Shown here piece by piece: positions 63,947 through 64,000 of a DNA stretch of 64,000 bases. Numbering within the stretch: the stretch's first letter is position 1; each line of letters begins with the position of its first letter. The notes under the pieces were generated by a model. It ran no database searches. It was not told where the DNA came from and worked only from the letters and a program-made list of their open reading frames with translations. Made by a program: the position numbers and the translations under genes. The stretch covers positions 62,001 through 126,000 of the forward strand of contig JAVKOQ020000015.1 of the NCBI GenBank assembly GCA_031835245.2, given 5' to 3'. Source of the stretch: Balamuthia mandrillaris. Its lineage: Eukaryota.

Positions 63947-63982
<36 letters not shown>

Positions 63983-64000
63983 TGATGAGTGTTACGAAAA
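59797..64000 (-). CDS. RhoGEF with two CH domains plus DH-PH (5' partial)
   Basis: CH1 LKSGVVLCELVNTIKPG and ENIESYL, CH2 LVDWVNHQL and LRSGVVL, DH EILSTEKSYV and MPIQRIPRY, PH FMFNDLLL. Confidence 0.88.

Overview
Gene-dense, intron-rich eukaryotic nuclear DNA. It is most likely from an amoebozoan; Balamuthia/Acanthamoeba-like is my inference from the (CT)n/(TTC)n-filled introns, the giant-virus-type GCPWD ankyrin genes and the F-box/small-GTPase fusion. About 25 genes are recognisable: fascin-like protein, sulfotransferase, SMARCAD1/Fun30 helicase, two paralogous microproteins, TDP2-like EEP, ASTE1/FAM120-like PIN nuclease, DPH7, SIRT1-like sirtuin, FEX fluoride channel, a secreted YDGG-repeat protein, ABHD4/5, PAP2 phosphatase, two BC-box LRR proteins, an SDR, F-box-Rab, RSL24D1, Ras, PI-PLC X with ShKT, a TPR protein, several ankyrin genes and pseudogenes, an MDM12 fragment and a CH-DH-PH RhoGEF. 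Most short ORFs in the track are microsatellite artefacts. Highlights: a U12-type AT-AC intron, a GC-AG intron, an array of four orphan tRNA B-box/T-arm units, a cluster of six TGACGTG sites next to a protein with about 50 YDGG repeats, a recurrent TGTCGAC promoter motif, and decaying or rearranged ankyrin genes including an ankyrin/MDM12 chimeric junction. All family calls come from motif recognition by eye; no database searches were run. Gene spans include introns.
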